Positions 18,895 through 28,211 of a stretch of 64,000 nucleotides of DNA are shown here, one piece after another. This stretch comes from a virus. Location of the stretch: the IMG/VR virus record IMGVR_UViG_3300045988_182948; one strand, 5' to 3'. Under the pieces are notes generated by a model, which saw only the letters and a program-made list of their open reading frames with translations, ran no database searches and was not told the origin of the DNA. The position numbers were made by a program, and so were the translations under genes. Position 1 is the stretch's first letter. Every line of letters starts with the position of its first letter.

Positions 18895-20691
18895 CTAAAC
18901 TAATTCTATTGTTTCAAATTCATATTCTTTTCTTGGCATTTTAGGTTTAACGCCTGCAAATGTATTCATAATCTCATTATAAGCATAATCAATCACAGGG
19001 TCTCCTGTTGCAGTAAAGTCTTCTGGTTTATTTGACCCCTTTACTCTATCAACTTCTTTTGATAGAGGGGCAAGTACTGTTGTAAAAGCGGCTCTTACTG
19101 GATTGTCAATATCCTTAATCTTTTTAGCCCAAGATAGACAATTACGTAAGTCAATATTTTGTGTTGTTTCATCTCCATCATCTCTAATTTGTGTCTTGAT
19201 GTTATTCTTGCATTTAATAATCTTAGAAGCTAAATCTCTATCAATACCTGTAGAGTTAACTATGATATTTGTTTCTGTCATCTCATCATATCCTGATAAA
19301 TTATGCCACTCATCAACACGTGAAATATGAGACAAATTATCTTCTTTTGTTCCTTCATACCCTATATTCATAGCTTCACAATATCTAAAATTATCATGAG
19401 CGATGATTGTTTCTCCAGTTTGAGGAATTGTATACATTCTTGTATCATCAAGCACATTATTTGTTGCTGAAACAACGCCTGCATTCACCATGTTTCTTTC
19501 ATCAAAGAAAAAGATTCCACCATATCTCATAATTCTTGTCAATGGACCTTCACAAAATTCTGTTGTACCATCCTTAATTGTCATATATCCATATAAGTGA
19601 GATGTTTCTGTATCACTATTTCCTGTCAGAATCATGAAAGGCAATTTTAACGCCCCTGCCATCATTTTAACGAATGTTGTTTTCCCTGATGCAGATGGAC
19701 CATAGAATCCCATTTTCCAGATATTTCCGTTTTTAAAGCTTTGAATTGATTCCCATAACTCATCTGTTATTGACTCCTTATTTTTTTCAAATAAGTCCAT
19801 AGCAATTTGACGAGTTCTTTGTAAATCAAGCGGTAATTTCTTTGCTTCTGCATCAGACATTAATGAATAGTCTCTTTCAGAATATGGTACAAATACAGTT
19901 GCTGCTTTAGCATCTTTTCCTTTTTTACTCTTTCTTTTAATAGTTGGAGCATGAATTTCCTTAACTACTTCATCCCCAATATCAAGAGACAAATCATACA
20001 CATTATTGTGCATTGCAACTAAAGGAAGAATATTATATTGGATATAAGGGGCATATTCTTCATCAATGAGTTCATCATTGTCAATCTCCTTGAAATTAAA
20101 TCCATCAAATGTTTTAGCAGTAAAATATAGCGAATCACATAAAGGCAAAAATTTCTCTGCTTCTGATGATTCGACTAAAGTTCCTGCGGTTATAGAATCA
20201 TATTTTTCCTTAGGAAGATTTTTAAATTCACACAAATATGAGAAAACTTCTCTTGCTTCATCACTTGCTTTATTTCCCTTTTTCACAAACTCTAATAAAT
20301 CATATCCCAAAATCAATCTATAAAAGAGATGTGAATAGATATTTGTAGCATAAATCATTTTATCTGCTGGAATGACTACGAATGTTTCAATAGGATTTTT
20401 CGTACCCCCAGTGAATTTACATAAAAGAAATTCCTTTTTATCCTTTTTTCCCCACGCCATAATTGTGTTTTCATCAACAATTTGCGAATCAATTACTGCT
20501 TTAGCAATTTTACTTGATAGCCTTGATACGATTTTTCCACTCGATGGTGAAGGTGTTGTATTTTTAATTGAATAAAAATGCTCATCCTCCTTGTTTGCTG
20601 TAAATTGAGTGTTTGGAATTAAACTTCCTGCATCCGTTGAAGAAAATGCCATCCTAGATGCTTGATAAATCGTTTTTTTAATTGCTGCCAT
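18895..20691 (-). CDS. MoxR/CobS/CbbQ-like AAA+ ATPase (AAA_5 type) with a ~300-aa N-terminal extension
   Basis: Walker A GPSASGKTT and Walker B IFFFDE. Lies immediately upstream of the vWA partner with a 39-nt gap. Confidence 0.6.
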   Translation of the reverse strand: MAAIKKTIYQASRMAFSSTDAGSLIPNTQFTANKEDEHFYSIKNTTPSPSSGKIVSRLSSKIAKAVIDSQIVDENTIMAWGKKDKKEFLLCKFTGGTKNPIETFVVIPADKMIYATNIYSHLFYRLILGYDLLEFVKKGNKASDEAREVFSYLCEFKNLPKEKYDSITAGTLVESSEAEKFLPLCDSLYFTAKTFDGFNFKEIDNDELIDEEYAPYIQYNILPLVAMHNNVYDLSLDIGDEVVKEIHAPTIKRKSKKGKDAKAATVFVPYSERDYSLMSDAEAKKLPLDLQRTRQIAMDLFEKNKESITDELWESIQSFKNGNIWKMGFYGPSASGKTTFVKMMAGALKLPFMILTGNSDTETSHLYGYMTIKDGTTEFCEGPLTRIMRYGGIFFFDERNMVNAGVVSATNNVLDDTRMYTIPQTGETIIAHDNFRYCEAMNIGYEGTKEDNLSHISRVDEWHNLSGYDEMTETNIIVNSTGIDRDLASKIIKCKNNIKTQIRDDGDETTQNIDLRNCLSWAKKIKDIDNPVRAAFTTVLAPLSKEVDRVKGSNKPEDFTATGDPVIDYAYNEIMNTFAGVKPKMPRKEYEFETIELV

Positions 20692-20867
20692 AAATTTTCT
20701 CCTTTCTTTTCTGCTCTTTTTATCTGATATCTTTTTTCTCTCATACGTATTGTCTCCATGACTTTTGTCAAAAGAAAAAAGACTTTCTCTCTGTAGACAC
20801 AGATAAAAAGTCGTTTAATAATACATATATATTTTATCATAAATCATTTGATTTGTGATAAGTCTTT

Positions 20868-21224
20868 TTATTCTATAGAGGATTTTGAATGCTTTTGAAA
20901 CATCTTTTCAAACTCCTCTCTCTTCCGATGAAGATTTTCCTCGTCTAGCTGTTTCCATAACTCTTTTTCCTTTGAAATGCGTTCATATGCATCATTTAAA
21001 AAAAGTGCATCTGGAGACATTCCAAAATAGCGTGAGATAAGATAAGCATCATTATATGAGAGTTCATTTAACCCTCTTTCTAACGCACTCACATATTGAG
21101 GTGTTTTTCCTATAACTTTTGCAACATCAGCCTGTGTAATATTTAACCTTTTTCGCGTTTTTCTATAATGATTTAATCTTCTGCATTCCTGTAAATTCAT
21201 AACTTCCCCTCCACTATCTAACAA
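20868..21224 (-). CDS. XRE-family HTH transcriptional regulator
   Basis: HTH region ITQADVAKVIGKTPQYVSALERG. Confidence 0.7.
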   Translation of the reverse strand: MLDSGGEVMNLQECRRLNHYRKTRKRLNITQADVAKVIGKTPQYVSALERGLNELSYNDAYLISRYFGMSPDALFLNDAYERISKEKELWKQLDEENLHRKREEFEKMFQKHSKSSIE

Positions 21225-21484
21225 AATTCTATATTTGTCATTTTATGATATAATAAATATGTACCTTTAGTACGAATTGTTTTTTTGTGATTCATATTGA
21301 CTTTCCCTCCCTTTTATTGAGGATAGAAATAACATATCAGCTTATTTTATCCTACTAGAGTTTATATCCAATCACAAGACCTATACAAATGAGTTATCTC
21401 CCTAACAAGTTTGTATATCATGTCATTGATTTGACTTTGAAAGTAATTGATTTTAAGAGACAGCATATAATATGTCTCGTCCGA

Positions 21485-21510
21485 AGCCCCTCATCTAGGG
21501 GCCCTTTTTT
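21485..21510 (+). terminator. intrinsic terminator-like hairpin (GCCCCTCATCTAGGGGC plus T6)
   Basis: Seen in sequence. It is canonical in the plus orientation and sits just downstream of the minus gene ending at 21515, so it may act bidirectionally. Confidence 0.4.
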
Positions 21511-21514
21511 ATAT

Positions 21515-22210
21515 CTATATATTGACATTCGTATCTACATTCTCATTAAAATCAATCATATTTCCACTCACTGCATTATAAAATTCCTCATTTTCATCAA
21601 AAGGTATAAACCATTGCTGTTTCCTATCATCATAATAAAACTCAACAATAAATGTTTTCTGATAATTTCTTTTTATTGTATGGACTGCGGATTTAATCTT
21701 TTCAATATTACGAGTTAAAAATTCCTCATGATTATAATTTATATCTATCTGTGTATCATCGTTCACAAGCTGCTCGATAATCTTATCTAATATCTCTAAA
21801 TTATTATATGTCGTTACAGTTATCTTTGCTTTGGAATAAGGAATATGACTTGACCAGTTATCAACTGTCATTGTCTGTATTTGATAAGAAACATTCCCGT
21901 ATATATGTTCTTCTATTATATTGTGAATATCCTGATTATTTTCAAATCCTGTCTCAATAATAAACCTTTCTGGAGCGGTTTGAGAAATCTCTGCAATTTC
22001 TTCAATGTTTTTACTATTCCATGCTATAAATAGCGATTCTACTTTAGCCTGAATTTGAGTCCGCTGCCTATAATTATCTTTTAGCACTCCTATAACCAAT
22101 AGCAAAGCGAAGCACATGAAAACAGACATTAGCATTTTTGCTATTTTTTTATAATTAAATAATCCCCATAAAATGAATGATTTTATCTTTAGTTTTAATC
22201 CTCTTATCAT
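21515..22210 (-). CDS. membrane-anchored hypothetical protein
   Basis: N-terminal TM segment, 231 aa. Confidence 0.45.
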   Translation of the reverse strand: MIRGLKLKIKSFILWGLFNYKKIAKMLMSVFMCFALLLVIGVLKDNYRQRTQIQAKVESLFIAWNSKNIEEIAEISQTAPERFIIETGFENNQDIHNIIEEHIYGNVSYQIQTMTVDNWSSHIPYSKAKITVTTYNNLEILDKIIEQLVNDDTQIDINYNHEEFLTRNIEKIKSAVHTIKRNYQKTFIVEFYYDDRKQQWFIPFDENEEFYNAVSGNMIDFNENVDTNVNI

Positions 22211-22412
22211 TTGTCACCTCTCTCATTTCCTTTTTATTATATCACTATAATCACATTTCTATATTATACAAACTATAATTATAATTTTTTAGCATTTATA
22301 CAAATTGTGATATAATATAAGTGTCTTTTTAATACGAATTTAATTATTATAATTACTTTCAAAACGTAAGTCCTAGTTATCCATAAATCTAGGCAGAAGG
22401 GAGAAAAATTTT

Positions 22413-22937
22413 ATGGAACAATTTATTTTATTATCAGTTTATTCAGAGTATGAAAAAACATCAGAAATGATAGCTAATACTCAAAGATTTATACCTTTTA
22501 TTGCGCTTGCATTTATATTCTTTATAATTGTACTAGTTATTGTTGGAATTTGTACTGCCTTTTTTAGCTATAAGGAGCTAACTGTTAAAAGAAAAACAGA
22601 GCAAGCAAAAATTAGTGCAGAATTATTGAAAGCGAAATCAACTTTATTAGCTGCTCAAGCACAGTTTGCTCATGCTCAGCAAAAAGATGTTGATAGTGTA
22701 ACTGCAACTGCTTTAAGAACTGCTTTTGCTAAGATTAAAAGTCCTGAGGATGTTTTATCTGTTGTTGATTCAGCTGAACATCAGGCTCATTCTCAACTTT
22801 TAAAATCACCTCTTTTTGATGATGATTTCACTATTGAGTCTGAAGCAGACCTTAATCATTTTCTTGACCGCATGGCAGAAGATTTAACTTCTGGTTTACA
22901 ATCTCAAGATGTAACTGATACTATTCCCGTAGAGTAG
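22413..22937 (+). CDS. membrane protein with a coiled-coil region
   Basis: TM helix at residues ~25-50, Ala/Gln-rich helix. Followed by the terminator at 22950-22975. Confidence 0.5.
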   Translation: MEQFILLSVYSEYEKTSEMIANTQRFIPFIALAFIFFIIVLVIVGICTAFFSYKELTVKRKTEQAKISAELLKAKSTLLAAQAQFAHAQQKDVDSVTATALRTAFAKIKSPEDVLSVVDSAEHQAHSQLLKSPLFDDDFTIESEADLNHFLDRMAEDLTSGLQSQDVTDTIPVE

Positions 22938-22949
22938 GAATTCAAAATT

Positions 22950-22975
22950 CTGTAGCATTTGCTACAGTTTTTTTG
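22950..22975 (+). terminator. rho-independent terminator
   Basis: CTGTAGCATTTGCTACAG followed by T7. Confidence 0.6.
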
Positions 22976-22991
22976 TGCATTATTTTATAAA

Positions 22992-23483
22992 TTATATCTT
23001 CCTATATTCTACCTTCAAATCTTTATCAAGCTTATAGGAGATTATGGAAGGAGTGTCTTTTTTATATGCATGGACATTCATAATATACCCTTCATCTATC
23101 TGATGAAATTCTATTGCAATTGGAATAATAGATATTGTCTTTAACATATCAGATACTCTCCTATGTTCTATTTTAACACTTTCACAAATCCATAAAATGT
23201 TTGAAATATTTGTCAATTGAGAATAGATAAGAACTTGTCCAAGGTGCTTAGAATCACTGTTTTCATACTGATTCTCTACAATCAGCCCTCCTTCTCCCTC
23301 TTTCTCTTTGTATATCATATCTATTCTATACTCACCTATTGTGGCTTCTGTTTTAAAAAGAGAAATGGGACTATCAAAGATGTTGAGGGTTTTAGCTATA
23401 TCTGGAATAAGATTATTTTTAGCCAGCCATGGTGTAAAATCTGTAGTCTCATTTGGGAAGATATCTCGTAAATCAATTTTCAC
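22992..23483 (-). CDS. PD-(D/E)xK-like nuclease-fold protein (tentative)
   Basis: The RIDMIY...LIVENQYE...K pattern is consistent with a D...E.K restriction-endonuclease-like core. Confidence 0.35.
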   Translation of the reverse strand: MKIDLRDIFPNETTDFTPWLAKNNLIPDIAKTLNIFDSPISLFKTEATIGEYRIDMIYKEKEGEGGLIVENQYENSDSKHLGQVLIYSQLTNISNILWICESVKIEHRRVSDMLKTISIIPIAIEFHQIDEGYIMNVHAYKKDTPSIISYKLDKDLKVEYRKI

Positions 23484-23515
23484 TCCTTTCTCACTCCTGG
23501 ACGTTTGCCCAAATT

Positions 23516-24181
23516 TTACTTCATCGAAAAATCTAATATCTTTATCTGATTATCTCTTTCTTTTGTCTTTATATATAAATCAAAATGATAAAACATTTCA
23601 TATAATGAATCTTCCTCATAACAAAATAGGAATTTCTTCTCCTGCAAATCAAGTATGGAATATACCCCTGTACTATTCCCTAAGAAATATTTTAATTCTA
23701 TTTTTCCCATAGTTCCAAATAAAGGATTATAGTTAGCCAAATAACTTAGATAGGGAGTGAAAACAGCAAATTCACAAAAGCCATACTCATCTATCAGAAT
23801 ATCTAAACAAAAAGATTCACCTTGATTCTTGTTTCTTAAAAGAGAAAAGTTATCACTATAATATAAAGAAGCCTTTGCCTTTTCTTTCTCCATTGGTAAA
23901 ACATTCATTTTCTTTAGGCTTTTCAAAATCTTTTTAAAATCATCACCCACTACAAATAGATGCCGAATACTTCCATAATTCAATTGATGGTTTCTTATAA
24001 GAATTTCTTCTTCAATACTTTTCAGGTATGTTTCTAGTTTCAAATCAAATAACCTCCATAAAAAAAGTGTCAGGCTTAGCACGACACTTAAAAGTATAAT
24101 ATCTATATAGAATCTGCTTTGGCTCCTTTCTTTTCTTGATTTGTTTTTTGAATGCTCTTGATAACATCTATTTTTACACAA
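23516..24181 (-). CDS. TM-anchored hypothetical protein (overlaps the upstream NTase gene by 79 nt)
   Basis: Single N-terminal TM helix FYIDIILLSVVLSLTLFLW. 221 aa. Confidence 0.4.
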   Translation of the reverse strand: MCKNRCYQEHSKNKSRKERSQSRFYIDIILLSVVLSLTLFLWRLFDLKLETYLKSIEEEILIRNHQLNYGSIRHLFVVGDDFKKILKSLKKMNVLPMEKEKAKASLYYSDNFSLLRNKNQGESFCLDILIDEYGFCEFAVFTPYLSYLANYNPLFGTMGKIELKYFLGNSTGVYSILDLQEKKFLFCYEEDSLYEMFYHFDLYIKTKERDNQIKILDFSMK

Positions 24182-25005
24182 TCTGAAACATAATCCTCAA
24201 TAAGAGAATTAAGTTTATCCAACGTTATATCATTAACTGTGAGAGAATTATTCTCCAGTAACTTGTTTATTTCACATTCGGCTTTTTTCACATATGTATC
24301 AGCCAAATAAATTGCTTCTGAATACTCTATTGGTGCTGTTTTATATTTCTTAATCTTATTTTTCTCTTTTATTGATAGAAAATCAAGATTCATAAGTGAT
24401 TCAAAGTTTACTTTTCCATCTAATCTAGCAACTTCTGAGACCATTTCAGATAAACGTGCAAGATGATGCAACTGCTTTGGGTTATATTTATAAATATCAA
24501 AAATTTCTTGTCCAGAATCTGTTCTCTTTTCAAGCCCCTTTCTTTTTTCATAAATAAATCCCTGCATTGACTTAACAAATCTTTTTACATCCCGATTTGA
24601 GATATCGTCTCTCATTTCCTTCAAAGATTTTAAAAATAATAAAGTTCTAACACGTTGGTATTCCTTATTTACATAGAAATATGGGGTATATAATAACTCC
24701 AGATATGTTGGATTCATCTTATAAAGAAGATTTCCTAATAATCTAATATCTTTCACTTCAATATGACTCTTATCATTCATGACAAGTTCTTTAGAAATCA
24801 TATTTGGTCTTTCAAGTAAGTCTTTAAGCGTTGGGATAATAAAGCACTTAACATCAAAATCACTGCTATAGTCGTCAGTATATTCGTCAAAACCATAATT
24901 CTGGGAACCTTGTAAACACATAAATGCAACATGATAATCAGTATTTTCTTTAAGCCAGTTCATTTTCTTTTTCATTTCATTTAATACCATTTGTTTTTTT
25001 GCCAT
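24103..25005 (-). CDS. Pol-beta-superfamily nucleotidyltransferase-fold protein
   Basis: GSQNYGFDEYTDDYSSDFDVKCF matches the GS-x(n)-DxD nucleotidyltransferase signature. Confidence 0.5.
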   Translation of the reverse strand: MAKKQMVLNEMKKKMNWLKENTDYHVAFMCLQGSQNYGFDEYTDDYSSDFDVKCFIIPTLKDLLERPNMISKELVMNDKSHIEVKDIRLLGNLLYKMNPTYLELLYTPYFYVNKEYQRVRTLLFLKSLKEMRDDISNRDVKRFVKSMQGFIYEKRKGLEKRTDSGQEIFDIYKYNPKQLHHLARLSEMVSEVARLDGKVNFESLMNLDFLSIKEKNKIKKYKTAPIEYSEAIYLADTYVKKAECEINKLLENNSLTVNDITLDKLNSLIEDYVSDCVKIDVIKSIQKTNQEKKGAKADSI

Positions 25006-25111
25006 ATTTCTATCAATCCCCCTATCTCAAGTATTTCTTTACAACCACAATTATAACATATTATTAGATTTTAGTCAATAATATGGATTTTATTTACTTA
25101 GATAAATTATT

Positions 25112-26362
25112 TCATCTTAAAAAACCTGGTGGATGAATATCCATTCCTAACTGTGTTGAAAAATCAGAAAGTTCCTCATCTAGTAGACTATGACCAAATT
25201 TTATGCTTTTTTCTCCCCACCTCTCTTTAATTTCCTGAATAATCTCCTCTAAATGCAACTGTTCATAACGGTCCTCTTCATTAGCAGTATTAAATAGACT
25301 CATCTGATACGCATAAGTTTCCTTCTCAACAAGGCTGCTGACAGATATTGAAAGACTTCTTAAAGGAATAGCCATATTCCAATTATCCCTAAGAAGAATC
25401 ATTACCATATCCAAGATTTCCTGTGCTATGTTTGTAGGAGTATCTACTCGCTTTTGCCTGCTTAATCCCTGTAAATCCTTATACCTCATACCAATGGATA
25501 TAACAGACCCTAGCTTATTTGATTGTCGCAATCGTTTAGCAACACTTTCTGCAAGCATTGACAGGACTATCTTTGCTTCCTCAATAGTATGTATATCATG
25601 TTTTGCTGTTATGCCATTCCCTACACTCTTTATCACTTGCTGACTTGAATTGACTGAGAGAGTGTCATAGCCATTTGCAAACAGCCATACCATTTCACCA
25701 TTCTTCCCCAGAAAACTCTTGATATATTCTTTAGATGATAATGCTAAATCTCCTAATGTATAGATATTTCTTTCATTCAATTGTGATGATGTTGCTTTTC
25801 CTATATAAAGAATATCTGCAACGGGTAATGGAAAAACCATATCTTTAAAATTATCTCGTGTTATCACTGCAAGCCCTTGTTTCTTATCTAAGTCACTTCC
25901 TAATTTTGCAAAAACCTTATTAAAACTTAACCCCATCGATACTGTCAACCCAAGTTCTTTAAACACTCTTCTTTGAATCTCCTCGGCTAATTCCATAGCA
26001 GTCTTATGAAAAAGTTTTTCGGTTCCTGTAATATCAATCCAGGCTTCATCCAAGCCAAAACTTTCAACCTTATCACTATATTCTCGATAAATTCTTTTGA
26101 CTTCCTCTGTATAGAATAAATAGTCATCATAATGCGGAGGAACAATTAACAGTTCTGGGCATTTCTGAAAAGCGTCTCTCAGTGATTCACCAGTTTTAAT
26201 ATGATACTTTTTAGCCAAATCATTTTTTGCAAGAATAATTCCATGCCTGTCCTCTTCATGACCTCCAACAGCCATTGGAACATTTCTTAATTCTGGATAC
26301 ATCATTTCTTCAATCTGAGCATAGCAATGATTAATATCACTATGGATTATCCATCTTTCCAT
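25112..26362 (-). CDS. Y-family DNA polymerase (DinB/UmuC-like)
   Basis: IIHSDINHCYAQIE, FGLDEAWIDIT and GLTVSMGLSFNKVFAKLGSDLDKKQGL align with the DinB/UmuC conserved blocks. Confidence 0.75.
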   Translation of the reverse strand: MERWIIHSDINHCYAQIEEMMYPELRNVPMAVGGHEEDRHGIILAKNDLAKKYHIKTGESLRDAFQKCPELLIVPPHYDDYLFYTEEVKRIYREYSDKVESFGLDEAWIDITGTEKLFHKTAMELAEEIQRRVFKELGLTVSMGLSFNKVFAKLGSDLDKKQGLAVITRDNFKDMVFPLPVADILYIGKATSSQLNERNIYTLGDLALSSKEYIKSFLGKNGEMVWLFANGYDTLSVNSSQQVIKSVGNGITAKHDIHTIEEAKIVLSMLAESVAKRLRQSNKLGSVISIGMRYKDLQGLSRQKRVDTPTNIAQEILDMVMILLRDNWNMAIPLRSLSISVSSLVEKETYAYQMSLFNTANEEDRYEQLHLEEIIQEIKERWGEKSIKFGHSLLDEELSDFSTQLGMDIHPPGFLR

Positions 26363-26475
26363 ATGTCACCCTCCTTACAATTCCATTATATATTCTTTAC
26401 AGATAATGTGATTTATTATCTGTAATAATAAAACCCTTTTTTCGGTGTTAAAACAAAAAAGAGCAGCAATGCTAC

Positions 26476-27021
26476 TCATTCGTATCTATGTTTTTTCTTA
26501 GTACAATCTTTCCAGCTTCTGCTATATTGTCTTGATATGTCGTCCCATGATGTTGGCAGGTTTTTTATTCTACCGTTTTTTAAAGATAATTTTGTATTTG
26601 GATAATTCTCCTTATATTCTCTTCTCTCCTCTTTTGAAACTATGTTCTTTAAACTATGTGTAGTGTAAGGGGTTCTATAGTGTTTATAATGGTTATGTCC
26701 AATATGAGGACAACTTTTGTATTTGCGTTTGTAAAATTCAAGTCTTTCATTGCGGTAATTATCATAGAGTTTTTGAAGATTAATATAAGTTTTTGTATTA
26801 TATTCAGCAAAAAGGAAAACTGTTCCCTTTGTACACATGAAATAATCATCTTGAATTATAAAAAAATTATTTTTCCAAACATCTTCCCAATTTTGAAAAT
26901 TTAATGTATCTGAAAATTCCCATTTACTGTCTATGATTAATTTTCCATCTTCTGAAAATTTGTAAGTGGCAGAATAAATATCGTAAGTTTTAGCTTTATA
27001 ATTTGAATGTATAGCTTTCAT
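26476..27021 (-). CDS. hypothetical protein (basic C-terminus)
   Basis: 181-aa ORF. Confidence 0.4.
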   Translation of the reverse strand: MKAIHSNYKAKTYDIYSATYKFSEDGKLIIDSKWEFSDTLNFQNWEDVWKNNFFIIQDDYFMCTKGTVFLFAEYNTKTYINLQKLYDNYRNERLEFYKRKYKSCPHIGHNHYKHYRTPYTTHSLKNIVSKEERREYKENYPNTKLSLKNGRIKNLPTSWDDISRQYSRSWKDCTKKKHRYE

Positions 27022-27195
27022 ATCTTCCTCCTAAAAAAGACTATCTTTCCTTGAAAAATAGCCACTTCGTTATATATTACTATAAATAGTATATCATGAT
27101 TAAAAACATATTTAATTTTATCAATATTTAATTTTATCAACAGGTTTATTCTTATTTTTATAATTCAAGTTATACTTGAATCTATTTTATATTTA

Positions 27196-27461
27196 TGACA
27201 AAATAAAACTACGCAGACAAGTGATTACTCTGCGTAGAGGTGAAATTGCCTTTGGCTTGCAGGATAAAACCTGCCTTAAAAAAATGCTTGCCAAGTATCC
27301 TATTCATCGTTTTTGTAGATGTCATAGAATGCCTGGCAACAAAAAACATGTCACTCATAAACACAATTATCTTTACCCTGATTGTAGATGTGACTATTAA
27401 CGTTGTCTCAGAATTTTGGAGACATGAGCCAAAATAGGCATGGGAGCGAAAGCTCCCTTTT
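27196..27461 (+). ncRNA. repeated structured non-coding element, copy 2
   Basis: Same core as 14035-14289. It lacks the 58-nt hairpin insert of copy 1 but carries a 69-nt insert at 27321-27389 flanked by TGTAGATG direct repeats. Terminator GGGAGCGAAAGCTCCC plus T-run. Confidence 0.5.
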
Positions 27462-27574
27462 ATTATATCACATTTAGAAATTTGTAATGTTTTTTTTAAC
27501 CTCTAAGAAATGCATATTGTATTTTTAGTGCTCATGGAAAATTATATATATCTTCTTTTTACATTATCAGCAAA

Positions 27575-28141
27575 TTATTTATTCTGAATGAATTGATTAT
27601 CCAGGTACTTTCTTACATTTGTTGCAGACTGCTCTTGAATCTCAATAATTTGGGCACCATTTATATAGGCTATTTCTTTTAGTTCCCTACTGATTCCCGT
27701 ATAATCTGATGCTCCTACTACCAATAATGTATCTCCTTTACCTAGTTGTGAAACCATTTGTATCGCCTTGTTGTAGTTTGGTGCAATATCCCCATAAAGA
27801 ATAGGTTTAGCTACAAGTAATGATGCATTATCTAATTCTTCTTCATCTGGAAGTGTTCCATGTAATTCTAGGGCATCACTTCCAGCATCCTTATGTAAGC
27901 CATCAATATTCATTGTTATAATAGGAATTTTATACTCAGCCAGAGCTATATGAGCATCATTGGGCTTTGCTTCATTCACATTCGCCTTTAATTGTTGGAT
28001 AACTTCATTATATTCATCAGGAAAACTATTGGCATATTCTCTTGTCAGTTTATTTCTCAACTCTTTCTGGTTTTCAAAGGTTGGTATACCGGATTCTTGA
28101 GAAATACCTGCGCCAGTAAATGCTATTATCACCTTTATCAC
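27575..28141 (-). CDS. SIR2-family protein, short form lacking the zinc-ribbon module
   Basis: GAGISQESGIPTF, MNIDGLH and ELHG (catalytic His) motifs. No Cys tetrad. Confidence 0.65.
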   Translation of the reverse strand: MIKVIIAFTGAGISQESGIPTFENQKELRNKLTREYANSFPDEYNEVIQQLKANVNEAKPNDAHIALAEYKIPIITMNIDGLHKDAGSDALELHGTLPDEEELDNASLLVAKPILYGDIAPNYNKAIQMVSQLGKGDTLLVVGASDYTGISRELKEIAYINGAQIIEIQEQSATNVRKYLDNQFIQNK

Positions 28142-28211
28142 CCCAGTATATTTATGACTTTCTATACCATTAATTATATCATATTCATCTTTTCCTTATG
28201 CTATAATTTAT

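Noticed and set aside
21389-21718. 109-aa plus-strand ORF
   Set aside because: It overlaps the better-supported minus-strand gene 21515-22210 and spans an intrinsic terminator hairpin. It is judged spurious.
14035-27461. Possibility that the two repeat copies are a CRISPR array or known riboswitches
   Set aside because: There are only two long (~250-nt) copies separated by 13 kb of genes, with no short spacer-repeat periodicity. T-box, c-di-GMP and guanidine riboswitch consensus motifs were not recognisable, and neither copy precedes a same-strand gene.
27575-28141. Calling the SIR2-like gene a housekeeping CobB deacetylase
   Set aside because: It is only 188 aa and lacks the Cys4 zinc-ribbon insert present in canonical sirtuins, so it is left as a SIR2-family protein without a substrate assignment.
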